Shown here in pieces: positions 46,339 to 56,277 of a DNA stretch of 64,000 nt (the stretch's first letter is position 1; every line of letters begins with the position of its first letter). Made by a program: the position numbers and the translations under genes. Under the pieces are notes generated by a model. It was not told the DNA's origin and ran no database searches. It saw nothing but the letters and a program-made list of their open reading frames with translations. The stretch lies in contig CAWARO010000001.1 in NCBI GenBank assembly GCA_963784445.1, positions 833,133 to 897,132 on the forward strand, given 5' to 3'. The DNA comes from an uncultured Acidimicrobiia bacterium. Lineage in GTDB: Bacteria; Acidobacteriota; Vicinamibacteria; Vicinamibacterales; UBA2999.

Positions 46339-47092
46339 TCACTTCTTCGGTATCGTCTTATCTAAATAGGCGCGAATCGTGTCGTAGGTGTGCGGCTGCA
46401 TCCAGGCATCGACGACGCGCGCGTTGAGATCGGCGAGCTGCTTCGTGCGTTGGAGGATCGGCGTGAAAAATGCCTCCTTCGTCAGCGCGAACGCGCCGGC
46501 AGGAATCGAGGCCAGCCTCTGCGCGACCTCGGTGGCACGGTCGAGGAGCATTCCGGCCGGGCACTTCTCGTCGATGAGCCCCATCGCCTTCGCCTCGTCG
46601 ATTTGCACGGTTCGTCCCGTGAACACGAGATCGCGAAGCGGGCCGTCGGCGAGACGCGCCGACATGATCTGGAGCGGCAAGGCCGGGAACGGCACACCGA
46701 CCGCGAGTTCAGGAATGCCTATGCGCCCGTTGCCCTCAACCATGATCCGATGATCGCAGGCGGCGGCCAGGATGCAGCCGCCGGCAATGGCGTGACCGTT
46801 GATCGCCGCCACCATGTGGTTTCGGGAAGGTCAACGCCGCGTGAAGAAAGGCGTCGAGGACCGGAAGAAAACGGCGCCCATATTCAGGTCCGTCATTCAC
46901 GACCCGATACAGATCGACGCCGGCGGAAAAAGCCGAACCTGAGCCGGTGACAATCACGGCCTTGATTGGCGCAGCGGCTGCGTCCGCTATTTCTCGCGTG
47001 AACGCCTCACCCAACTCGACGTCCATCGCGCTCACCTTGCCATGCGCGAGTTTCAGGACGCGGATGCCGTCGGTGTCTTTGCGCTCGATCAT
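46339..47092 (-). pseudogene. Enoyl-CoA hydratase/isomerase family, single frameshift near 46816-46820
   Basis: The N-terminal half (MIERKDTDGIRVLKLAHG...TFPKP) and the C-terminal half (MVAAINGHAIAGGC...) lie in different frames. Removing one base from ccgaaaccaCatggtg restores FPKPMVAAINGHAIAGG. Confidence 0.75.
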
Positions 47093-47176
47093 GTCCAGAA
47101 TTTTATGAGATTCGCCGTCTTCATCAAACGCGGCCGGATCGTCCCGTTTGCAGAAGTCCTGGCGGGCGCAGCTCAT

Positions 47177-47401
47177 TTGCGCTGGAGCACGGACCCCGCC
47201 ACGCCCGACATTACTGACACCGATACGAAGTTCGCCTTGCAGCCTGGCGGCGGGGTGACGGTGCTCCTCACCGAGAACGTCAGCGTGAGAGCGGCTGTTG
47301 ACTACCGGCGAATCGTGTTCACCGAAGACGACGAGTTCGAGGAGGACAATTCGCAGGTTCGGGCCATCGCCGGCGTGGTGTTCGGATGGGGCGCCCGGTA
47401 A
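47177..47401 (+). pseudogene. C-terminal remnant of an outer-membrane beta-barrel protein
   Basis: An alternating-hydrophobic pattern runs from KFALQPGGGVTVLLTENVSVRAAVDYRRIVF to RAIAGVVFGWGAR. There is no N-terminal part, and it abuts the hydratase gene. Confidence 0.35.
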
Positions 47402-47449
47402 TTGGGAGGAGATAATGGCTCCGGACGGTTCTGGCGCGAGGTGGCGGCG

Positions 47450-48128
47450 ATGACCTGTCGAAGGCGGTTGCTGATCGTCCTGTTGTGGCTCGCGATCGTT
47501 GCAGGGAGCGGCTGCGGATCGGACTCGCCGACCGCTCCTTCACCGCCAGCGTCGGACTTTGCGGCGCAGTTCGACGCATTGTGGAGCACCTTCGATCGCG
47601 AGTATTCGTACTTCGTTCACAAACGGATCGATTGGAGTGCGCTCCGCTCGGCGTATCGTCCCCGCGCGATTGAGGCGGTGGACCAGACAGGCTTCATCGC
47701 CGTCATCCGCGAGATGCTCGGCCATCTTCACGACATGCACGTCGTTCTCCGCGACCCCAGCGGGCCGATCGATGCCGACGCACGATCCGCAGACGTTTGT
47801 GAACTGGGATCGAACAGTGTGGCAGCAGTACATCGCCCGCGCAAACTGGACGCAGGGCCAGAATGACTGGGGTTACGGCGTACTCGACGGCGTACCGTAC
47901 ATCACGGTCGGCAGCTGGGGTTCGAACAGCATCCGTGCAGCCGACTTCGACGCCGCGCTCGAGCGCTTTCGCACCGCGCCGGCGATCATTCTCGACGTGC
48001 GGATGAACCCGGGTGGCAACGATTCACTGGCGTTTGAAGTCGCAGGGCGCTTCGCGCGCGCCTCCGTCGGGTTCGGGTCCGTACGATTCCGAAACGGTCC
48101 CTCGCACGGCGACTTCGGGCCGGCATAA
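47450..48128 (+). pseudogene. Peptidase S41-like lipoprotein, frameshifted (about 47740-47790) and 3'-truncated
   Basis: Frame A reads MTCRRRLLIVLLWLAIVAGSGC...HDMHVVLRDPSG. Frame B reads THDPQTFVNWD...ILDVRMNPGGNDSLAFEVAGRF. The ORF ends before the expected catalytic Ser region. Confidence 0.65.
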
Positions 48129-48138
48129 TTGGCTGTCC

Positions 48139-48855
48139 ATGGTCCCACCGAACATCGCCGCGGCGCGCCCGGCAGCGACTGTGATCGTGCTTCGCGCGGG
48201 CGATCCGTTCGAGATCCTGATGGTCCGCCGCAACGACAAGGTGGCGTTCATGGCCGGGTCGTACGTGTTTCCGGGCGGCCGCGTCGACGACGGCGATCGG
48301 CCTCCCGCAGGTGAACGGCTCCCGGCGGCGATCTTCCCCGACTTGAGCGATGTGGACGAGGCTGCCTATCGCATGGCCGCCGTGCGCGAGCTCGAGGAAG
48401 AGGCCAGCGTCTACATCACGGTGAACGACCTCTACCCGTTCGCGCATTGGGTAACGCCGGAGATCGAGACGCGCCGCTTCGACACGCGCTTCTTCCTGGC
48501 GCGCATGCCTGACGGCCAGAACGCGATTCACGATGGTGGCGAAATGACCGCGTTGGAGTGGCTGTCGCCTCGTGAAGCGATTGCGCGCTTCGAGCGGCGC
48601 GAGCTGCTGCTGCCGCCGCCGACGTGGACCTCGATCCGCCAGCTTGCCAAGCGCTCGTCGATCGACGATGTGATGCAGTGGGCGCGGACGCGGAAAATCG
48701 TGCGCGTGATGCCCGGGTTCATCAAGAACGAGAAGGAGTTCATCCTCACCTTGCCTGGGGATCCGCTGTTCCCGACCATTCCCGATTGGGAAGTGCCCGA
48801 AGAGACGCGATTTGTGTTGCAGGACGGAGCCCGGTGGCAGCCCCTGAAGGTTTGA
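48139..48855 (+). CDS. NUDIX hydrolase
   Basis: Start at MVPPNIAAARPAATVIVLR. Nudix box region GGRVDDGD...AAVRELEEEASV. Confidence 0.8.
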   Translation: MVPPNIAAARPAATVIVLRAGDPFEILMVRRNDKVAFMAGSYVFPGGRVDDGDRPPAGERLPAAIFPDLSDVDEAAYRMAAVRELEEEASVYITVNDLYPFAHWVTPEIETRRFDTRFFLARMPDGQNAIHDGGEMTALEWLSPREAIARFERRELLLPPPTWTSIRQLAKRSSIDDVMQWARTRKIVRVMPGFIKNEKEFILTLPGDPLFPTIPDWEVPEETRFVLQDGARWQPLKV

Positions 48856-49319
48856 GTGCTGCCATCGATCAAGTCATCGCGTTCTTCAACGCGAAGAGGA
48901 TGGACCTGCCCGACGGGTTCTTCGATCGCAAGACGCAGTTCGTGATCAACGGCGCGCCCTTCGAAACGCTGCTCGGCCAGTCGCCGACCGATCCGCTGAT
49001 TCTGATGCTGGCCCGCGGTCCGGCGGGCTTTCGTTTCACTGCCAAGGCGCTGCAGCATGCGCTGCCGGACGCCCGCATCGAGCGGCCTTCGACTCCGCTG
49101 ACTCAACAAGTCGAGTCAGCGTCGCTCAGGCCAGGCGGCCCGACTACGGTCTCTACAGAACTGCGGTTGTTTGGGACCTTGCGTGGCAGCGGCGAGGCGA
49201 TCGATACGGTGGTCGCCGTCACACTCAGGCTGAACGCTGCCGGGAGCATCGAGGTGGCCGAAGCCCAAGTCGAGGCGGCCGCGCTCGAAAAGATTCGTCA
49301 GGCGCGTTTGCAACCTTAG
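48852..49319 (+). CDS. Hypothetical protein (TTG start overlapping the NUDIX stop)
   Basis: (M)SAAIDQVIAFFNAKRMDLPDGFF... of about 155 aa. No family recognised. Confidence 0.4.
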   Translation: MSAAIDQVIAFFNAKRMDLPDGFFDRKTQFVINGAPFETLLGQSPTDPLILMLARGPAGFRFTAKALQHALPDARIERPSTPLTQQVESASLRPGGPTTVSTELRLFGTLRGSGEAIDTVVAVTLRLNAAGSIEVAEAQVEAAALEKIRQARLQP

Positions 49320-49380
49320 GCGGGACTTCCGCCTTCGCCCTCAAGGGCTACGGCGGACAAGAAGTCCCGTCTCTACGTGC
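49317..49380. repeat. REP-like nested hairpin (GGCGGGACTTC ... GAAGTCCCGTC plus CTCTACGTGC flank)
   Basis: Outer 11-bp stem with an inner hairpin GCCCTCAAGGGC. Shares the flank motif with 26689 and 63779. Confidence 0.65.
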
Positions 49381-49426
49381 TGGTCGAATTGGACGCGGTC
49401 GTTCGTCATTCGGTCAGGAGACTTCC

Positions 49427-49951
49427 ATGCATCTGTTCCTTGCTCTCGTCCTGACCACCGCATTCCTTCCCTTCGACTCGGTTGACTCGACTCATCGAGT
49501 TAACCTCGCTCAGGGCGGGCAAACGGGCGCCGATCCGCTGTTATCCCGCCTGGCCGGCCAATGGACCGGGACGGGGACGGTGCTCAATCAACCCTCGAAA
49601 ATCCAGATGGCGTGGACCTGGGAACTGGGCGGCCGCTTCATTCGGCTGACGTTCCGCAATGAAATGGGCACCGCGCCGAAAGTCAACGTGTTCGAAGGCC
49701 ATGCCTATTACCGGCCGGTGGCCGACGGTCAGTATCGCGGCATGTGGTTCGACAACTCGGGCATGTTCCGGCCACTCGACGCGAAACGCGACGGCGACGC
49801 GCTCGTGTCGAAGTGGGGCACGCCCGATACCGAAGAAGGCGAGACGACTTACCGGCTCCGCGAAGACGGCACGATGGAAGTCGTCGATCGCGTGAAAGGG
49901 AAGGACGGCACCTGGCGCGACTTCGGCCGCGCCACGTATCGGCGATTGTAA
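49427..49951 (+). CDS. Hypothetical secreted protein (DUF1579-like, tentative)
   Basis: 174 aa. N-terminal hydrophobic segment. Contains LAGQWTGTGTV and FEGHAYYRP. Confidence 0.45.
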   Translation: MHLFLALVLTTAFLPFDSVDSTHRVNLAQGGQTGADPLLSRLAGQWTGTGTVLNQPSKIQMAWTWELGGRFIRLTFRNEMGTAPKVNVFEGHAYYRPVADGQYRGMWFDNSGMFRPLDAKRDGDALVSKWGTPDTEEGETTYRLREDGTMEVVDRVKGKDGTWRDFGRATYRRL

Positions 49952-49973
49952 AGGTGCCAGACCCCTTTACAAT
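49945..49973. terminator. Hairpin ATTGTAAAGG-tgccagacc-CCTTTACAAT (copy 1)
   Basis: 10-bp perfect stem overlapping the stop codon of the 49427 gene. A near-identical copy lies at 50047-50074. Confidence 0.45.
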
Positions 49974-50046
49974 TGGCGAACCGAAAATCCGTGGCGTTTA
50001 CTGGCGGAAGCAGCGTCTGGTTGGCAGAAATTGCAGCAAAACGCCA

Positions 50047-50074
50047 TGTAAAGGTGCCAGACCCTTTTACAATT
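50047..50074. terminator. Hairpin TGTAAAGG-tgccagac-CCTTTTACA (copy 2)
   Basis: Same sequence as copy 1 with one extra T. Overlaps the stop codon of the convergent selenoprotein gene. Confidence 0.45.
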
Positions 50075-50717
50075 CAGGCAGCTCCAATACAGCTCTCACG
50101 TATTCCTGCTCCGGCAAGCCGCCCATGATCTCAATCGTCTCGTTGACGACCGTCTTCGGCACGCCGGTCACTCGGTACTTCCGGCTGAGATCCATGAATT
50201 CGGTGGCTTCAATCGCGTCGGCGGTGATGTTCGGGTTGGCCGCAGCCATCTTGTGTGCGAGGACGACCGCCCTCGGGCAGTGCGGTCAAGTTGGCGTGGA
50301 AAACACCTGGATGTGGGTGGGTTTGTTGACCGCCTGAATCCACTTCATCGTCTCGGGCTCGAGCTCGATCTTGCCCGTGCCGGCCGTGATGATGGCTTCG
50401 ACCAGGCCGACGAACTCGTATCCGGTCGGCGCGCCGAACATACGCATGCGCGTATCGACGTCGTCGCTCAGGATCACGATGGCCGGCGCCTTGTCGATCT
50501 TGTACTTCGCCTTGTCTTCCGTATCGAGGATGAAGTTCTTGTCGACAACGGTGATCTTGTTGTTCAGCGCGGCCAGCTCACCGAGGATTTGTTTGGTGAT
50601 GGTACCGGTTTCAGAGCCGCCAAGGGCTTGCGTGAACAGAACGACCTGGACTGGATTGGTGATGACAGAAAGGTGCTGCTTGAGTGTTGCTTCGTCTTGC
50701 GGAGAAAGAAGGGCCAT
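50067..50717 (-). CDS. Two-unit thioredoxin-fold protein disulfide oxidoreductase (PDO / AhpF-N-terminal-like), selenocysteine-containing; UGA at 50286-50288
   Basis: ORFs 50286-50717 and 50067-50249 are in the same frame, separated by one TGA. The joined protein reads ...THIQVFSTPT-U-PHCPRAVVLAHKMAAANPNITADAIEATEFMDLSRKYRVTGVPKTVVN... . This parallels the archaeal PDO motif VFVTPTCPYCPLAVRMAHKFAIEN, recalled from memory. Confidence 0.85.
50258..50275 (-). promoter_or_regulatory. Candidate bacterial SECIS for the UPHC oxidoreductase
   Basis: The mRNA reads CGAGGG-CGGUCG-UCCUCG starting 10 nt after the UGA. The apical loop contains GGUC. Confidence 0.4.
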
Positions 50718-50765
50718 ATCTGATTATGACGGGATCGGGGATCGGGGATCGGGGATCCGGAAAAT

Positions 50766-51254
50766 TCAGAACTTGAAGAGATCGTCGAAGGCTTTCTTGG
50801 CCCCGCTGGGCTCTTTTGGATTGTTGTTCTGGCTCACGGCCGTGGTGGTTTCCCGCTCCCAGGTGGTGCGGCCCGAGAAGTGCGGGCAGTCGTTCGCCAC
50901 GTCCTTGGGCGACACACGAGCCGTCAGCTTCACTGCACATTCGAAGGTGGTGCCCGGGTCGAAGTTCACGCACTGGACGCACGATCGCAAGTCGACCTGG
51001 CACTTGGGACACTTGCTGCGCGACATGATTTCGGCATCGACGATGGTGCCGCAGCGTGAGCAGCGCGCCACCTGGCGCGAGCCCATCATGCGAGGGTTGC
51101 GGGCGCCTTCGGAGGAGATGCGCCGAGCGCCGGCGGGCGCGCCTGGTTCGCGCTCCGGCTTGGCGCCACCGCTGTCGGGACGCGGCCCCGACGGTTTGCG
51201 ATCGCGGTTGTCGTCCTGGTAGCCGCGTTGACGATATTTTCGGTCGTCGCTCAT
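50766..51254 (-). CDS. Hypothetical Cys-rich zinc-ribbon protein with a basic disordered N-terminus
   Basis: 162 aa. Contains CSRCGT...CPKCQ...CVQC...C...C. No family recognised. Confidence 0.5.
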   Translation of the reverse strand: MSDDRKYRQRGYQDDNRDRKPSGPRPDSGGAKPEREPGAPAGARRISSEGARNPRMMGSRQVARCSRCGTIVDAEIMSRSKCPKCQVDLRSCVQCVNFDPGTTFECAVKLTARVSPKDVANDCPHFSGRTTWERETTTAVSQNNNPKEPSGAKKAFDDLFKF

Positions 51255-51261
51255 TTGATCC

Positions 51262-51312
51262 CCCGCCTACAGGCGGGTGATCCCTCGCCTAAAGGCGGGG
51301 GCTATAGGTGAG
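51262..51312. repeat. Tandem small hairpins CCCGCCtacaGGCGGG / CCTCGCCtaaaGGCGGGG
   Basis: REP-like variant between two minus-strand genes. Confidence 0.55.
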
Positions 51313-51318
51313 GCGAAG

Positions 51319-52923
51319 TTAGGCTTCATAGACTGCTTTACCACCGACAACGGTCCGCACAATCTTGATATTCTTGATCTCGTCTGGATTCACGTCGTGC
51401 GGATCCTTCTCGAGCATCGTGAAGTCCGCGAGCTTGCCCGGGGCGATCGAGCCCTTCACGTTTTCCTCGTGCGAGGCGTAGGCGCCGTTGATGGTCGCGA
51501 CCATCAGCGCCTGGTCAACCGTGATTCGCTGCTGTGGTCCCCACACGTTACCACCGAAATCCTTGCGCGTGACCATGCTTTGGATGGCCATCAGCGGCTC
51601 GAACGGCCCCGGGCCGTAGTCGGACGCGCCGGCGACGCGAATGCCGTTGTCGATGAACGACTTGTGCGCGAACATCCAGTTCATCTTGTCTTGGCCGTAG
51701 AACTTCCACTTCTCGCCGTGATAGTGCGCGTAGGTCCAGAACGGCGTCGGGATTACCCCTAGGGCCTTGATGCGTGCGAGCAATTCCGGATTGACGAGCG
51801 AGCAGTGCTCGATGCGGTTGCGCGGGTCCGGCCGCGGCCACTGCTTCTGCACGCGCTCGTAGGCCTTGAGCACCATGTCGATGGTGGTGTCGCCGTTGGC
51901 GTGGATGGCCACGCGCATGTTGTGACGCCACGCATCTTCGACGGCGTCGTCGACTTCCTTCTGCGTCATGGTGAGGATGCCGTAATCCTTGGTGCCGACA
52001 TACGGCGTGCTCATGCGCATGGTGCGCTCGGAGGCCGATCCGTCCGCCGCGAACTTGACGCCGACGCACTTCAACCACTCGTCGCCGAAGCCATAGGTGA
52101 TGCCGGCGGCCTTGAAGCCACTGAACGCGTCGGTGCCGCGAACGAGGAAGCCGGCGCGGTGCCGCAGCTCGCCGGCGTTGCGTGAGTCCTGGTAGGCGAG
52201 GATGCTGTCGCGGCCGGCGCCGGCGTCGTGAACGGAGGTGAGGCCCGCCGCGGTCAGCAGCTTCGAGATGTGCGCCTTGCCCTGCCGGCCACGCTCGCGT
52301 TGCTGCTCGGGCGTGAACCGTTCGCGGGTGCCGACTTTCGAAAACACGCCGCGCGCGAGCTCGGCCACGCGGCCGGTGAGCTCGCCGCTTTCGTCGCGGA
52401 AGAAGCGGCCGTGGTCGGGATCGGGTGTGGCCTTGGTGACGCCCGCGAGATCGAACGCCTTGGTGTTGTACCAGCTGGTGTGGCCGCCACGATGGTTCAC
52501 CGCGATGGGGTGATCGCGCGACACCTCGTCGAGGTCCTTGCGCGTCAGCGTGACGTCAAGCTTGGTGTCGTCGAACATGATCGCTTCGACCCACTGGCCC
52601 GGCGGCGTCTTGTCGACGCGCGCCTTCAGGTTGGCCTGCAGCTCGCGCACGCGCGGCACTTGCGCATTCACGCTGAACAACTCACCGACGCCGCTGACGT
52701 GACAGTGGCAATCGATGAAGCCCGGGGTGATCGTCGCGCCGGCCGCATCGATCTGGCGCGTCTGCGCGTTGGCGAGATTGCGAATGTCGGCGCTCGATCC
52801 CACGGCGATGAACCGGCCGTTTCTGACGGCGAACGCTTCCGCGCGCGCCATCGACGGCTCGCCCGTCAACACCCGCGCGTTGATCACGATCAGATCGGCG
52901 GCTACACCCGGTCCGGCGCCCAC
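51319..52923 (-). CDS. Amidohydrolase family (Amidohydro_3-like) metal-dependent hydrolase; the true N-terminus is probably disrupted
   Basis: 534 aa. Metal-binding motif ITPGFIDCHCHV. An in-frame Tat-like signal lies upstream with no in-frame start (see findings). Confidence 0.85.
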   Translation of the reverse strand: MGAGPGVAADLIVINARVLTGEPSMARAEAFAVRNGRFIAVGSSADIRNLANAQTRQIDAAGATITPGFIDCHCHVSGVGELFSVNAQVPRVRELQANLKARVDKTPPGQWVEAIMFDDTKLDVTLTRKDLDEVSRDHPIAVNHRGGHTSWYNTKAFDLAGVTKATPDPDHGRFFRDESGELTGRVAELARGVFSKVGTRERFTPEQQRERGRQGKAHISKLLTAAGLTSVHDAGAGRDSILAYQDSRNAGELRHRAGFLVRGTDAFSGFKAAGITYGFGDEWLKCVGVKFAADGSASERTMRMSTPYVGTKDYGILTMTQKEVDDAVEDAWRHNMRVAIHANGDTTIDMVLKAYERVQKQWPRPDPRNRIEHCSLVNPELLARIKALGVIPTPFWTYAHYHGEKWKFYGQDKMNWMFAHKSFIDNGIRVAGASDYGPGPFEPLMAIQSMVTRKDFGGNVWGPQQRITVDQALMVATINGAYASHEENVKGSIAPGKLADFTMLEKDPHDVNPDEIKNIKIVRTVVGGKAVYEA

Positions 52924-53129
52924 CGACGGTTGCGCGCTCGCCAGCGTTTCGAGACCGCCCGAGGCAAATCCCGTTGCGCCGGCCAGCGCCGCGCCGAAAC
53001 CAAGGAATTCTTTTCTGGAGAGTTTTCCATAGCGGGGGGAACTATACGCTAAACAGGGGTCGAGGTCCTGAGGACTTGGGACCCTGAGGGCTTACTGATT
53101 CAAGCCCTCAAGCCCAAGCCCTCAAGCCT

Positions 53130-56100
53130 TTAGAAGCGGCCGACCACCGTCAACTGGAACGCTCGCGCCGGCTGCTGATTGACCATCAACAGGAAGTTCG
53201 AGCTCCAGCTCTGATAGGCGCTGTTGTAGCTGTATTGCGTGTAGTCCCCACCATTGAGAAGGTTGAAGACGTTCCCCGCAACCTCGAGCTGGTAACGCTG
53301 ATACTGCAGGGTCTTGCCGATCTTCAGGCCGACCGTCGTGATCAGCGGCGCCTGCGACCTGCCCCTCGCCGCGGTCGCTGAAGACATAGCGATTGCGGGT
53401 CGCCAGCGGATTCGGGGCTGTTGATCCGTTCGCCAACGTGAACGTCGCGGGTCCGTACTTGAGGACGTCGGGATCGTTGGCCGCCAGCTGATACAACGGC
53501 GCTCCCGACCACGGCCCGGCCTGGAACGTGGCGCTGGCCGCGACGTTGATGCGCCAGGGAGCCTGCCACACGCCGCCGAGGTTGCCGCGGTACTTCATCC
53601 ACGTCGGACCGTAGCTCAACGCGTTGCCCGTGTCGGGCAGCGAGTTGCCGTCGTTGTTGCCGCGCGGCATGTAGAGATTGGCGTCATTCGCGAAGTGGTT
53701 CGGCTGCACGAAGCGCGCCGGGTCGGTCGGGTTCCACGTGCCGTCGATCTTGTGCCACTGCCGCGTGAAGCCGCCAATCAGCTGGAAGCCCCTCGACATG
53801 TTCTTCGTCGCTGTCACTTCAATAGCCTGGTATTTCAGCTGGCTCCAGGTGTTGTTCGTCTGCTGCTGGACCATGTCCCTGGTTCGGATCGACTCTGCCG
53901 AAACCTCCGAAGGGGAGACCCGGTGCGTCGGGATAGATGCCGTTGATGTCGATGTTCGCCCACATGTGCTTGTAGGCGCGGTTGATGTAGCCCACGTCCA
54001 GGCCAATCTGCCAGCCGAACTGCCGGCGGAATCCGACGATGAACTCGTCGAGGTACGGCTGGTGCAGGCCGGGCGCGATCTGCTGGCCGGCCAGGGCGGT
54101 CGCTCGATGCCGGCAGCGAGCTGCGTGGTCTCGAACGTGCCGTTGAGGTCGTTGTCGTACTCGCGGCGGAACGACACCGTATCATCCGCGCCGAAAATGG
54201 TGACGCCGTCGCGGCCCATGACCTGTTCTCCCAGGCGGCCGTAACTGGCGCGCAGCACGTTCTTGGCATCGTTGGTCAGGAGGTAGGTGGCGCCAATCCG
54301 TGGCTGCACCGACCAGGATTTCTGCCGCGTGATGTCTCTCACTTCGTCAACCCGCTTGACGTAGTCGAACCTGATCCCGACGTTCGCCGTCAACCGATCG
54401 TTCGGCCTCCAACTGTCCTGGAGGTAGAAGGCGTAGTTGCTGTCGCGGGCCTGGCGCGTTTGCAGGCTGATCGGATTGGCGTAGTCACGCCGATAGGGCC
54501 GCGTGCCTCGCGATGGGTCGTTGACGTCGACCACCGTCTGGAACTCCCGGAAGAAGCCGTCGTTCGTGTACAGCGTGACCTGATCGTAGATGTTCTGCGG
54601 TTCCAGGAAGAACCCCGTTCCAAACTCGTGGTTGCCGGCCCAGCCGGCCTTGTAATACGTCAGGTCACCGCGAATCAGGGAGAGCGAGGCCGGGCACGTT
54701 GGTGCGAGTCGCGTTGTTGCCGCCCTCGAGGATCAGCGAGTTGCCGGTGATGAAGCCGCTCGAGATGCGCGTGCCGTCGTAAATGTTGATGTTCGGTCCC
54801 TGGGCGTTGAACCCGAACGCCTCGTAGGTGTCGTTGTCGTTGCCGCGCTTGTTGTTGTAGCCGGCCGAGAACGTCGTCGTCATTCTGTCGCCCCACGTCG
54901 ACGTGAGCTTGGCGTTGTAGACGTTCCCGCCGTTCGAATAGACGTTGATCGGATCGAAGTAGGTACTGCCAGTTGCTCTGGCCGTGCGTGCGGTCGCGCT
55001 GGAAGAACCCCGACAACTCGTGGGCGGCGCCGAGCACGCGACGTGACCTTCACGTACGGCTGGTAGCCCTTGATCTCCTGGGGGAACAACTCAGCGTTGG
55101 GATAGTAGCTCTTGATGTCGTTGACGTTCTTCGAGTTGCGGCTGATCTGGGTCTCGACCGCCGACTTGCGGAACGACGTGAAGAACCAGACGCGATCCCT
55201 CATGATCGGCCCGCCGAACGAGCCGTCGAACTGGCCGATCTTGGCTTGCACCGGCGTGCCGCCGGTGGTGGTGCATTCCTGGTTGGGGCAGGTTGTATGC
55301 TGGCCGAGCGGCGTCCCAGAAAGGTTGAACACGGTCTTGTGGTGGGTGTTGTTGCTGACCCAGTTGAGCGGCTGGTATGCGTACCCGGCGGTCCCCCTGA
55401 ACGTGTTGCCGCCGCTCTTGGTGATGACGTTGATCGCCAGGCCGGTGCCCATCGGCGTCGACGCGTCGGACCCGCCGGTCTTGACCTGGGTGTCCTGGAT
55501 CATGTCCGACCCCATCTGCACGTAGGTGAGCTGGAAGTCGTTGTAGTTGCCCGCCTGCATGCCTTCGAGCTGCACGACGTGGGCGAAGTGTTCCGTGGCG
55601 TGCCCGAAGTACACCGATCGCCCGCTGCCGTCATCGAACGGTCGCGAATGGACGCCGGGCGTCTGCTCGAGGAAGTCGGTCCAGTTCTTCCGGGCGGCAA
55701 GCGGCATCTGTTTCTGGAACTCGCCGTCGATGTTCAGGATGTTGCCGGGCTTGCTGACCTCGAGCATGGGCGAATCGCCCGTGACGGTGATGGTTTCGGC
55801 CACGGCGCCGATCTCGAGGACGATGTCGACTTGAAAGTTCACGCCGCCGCGCAGCACGATTCCCGTGCGTTGGTAGTTCCGGAACCCCTGGAGCTCCGCG
55901 GTGACGGCGTAGTCGCCGGGAGGCAGGTTGATCAGACGGTAGTAGCCGGTCTCGTCGCTGACGCCGGTTGCCGGCGTGATCATGTTGGGGCTGGTTGCGG
56001 TGACCGTGACACCAGGCAGCACGCCACCCTGGTTGTCTTTGACGTAGCCTCGCAGGCTGCTGCCCGTGGGCTGCGCCTCCGCCAAGTACACGCCCGCACT

Positions 56101-56145
56101 CAATACAACGAGCAGGCAAATCCCGAATCGCAGAACACGTCCCAT
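53130..56145 (-). pseudogene. TonB-dependent receptor with an N-terminal CarboxypepD_reg domain; at least 6 frameshifts
   Basis: Signal MGRVLRFGICLLVVLSAGVYLAEAQ. Contains GVTVTATSPN...ETGYYRLINLPPGDY. C-terminal beta-barrel ends ...AFQLTVVGRF. Homologous segments tile five ORF-track pieces in different frames. Shifts lie near 55040, 54960, 54690, 54105, 53878 and 53355. Confidence 0.8.
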
Positions 56146-56277
56146 GGCGATTCCTCCCTGCCGACAGAACAAAGTCACGAGCCCGAGGGGCCGCGGTTAA
56201 CGACGACGTGGAAACTCCGACGACGAAGCGAGATCTTACGAGGCGGATGATACTGCGATACCGAAGCTCGGAGAAAG

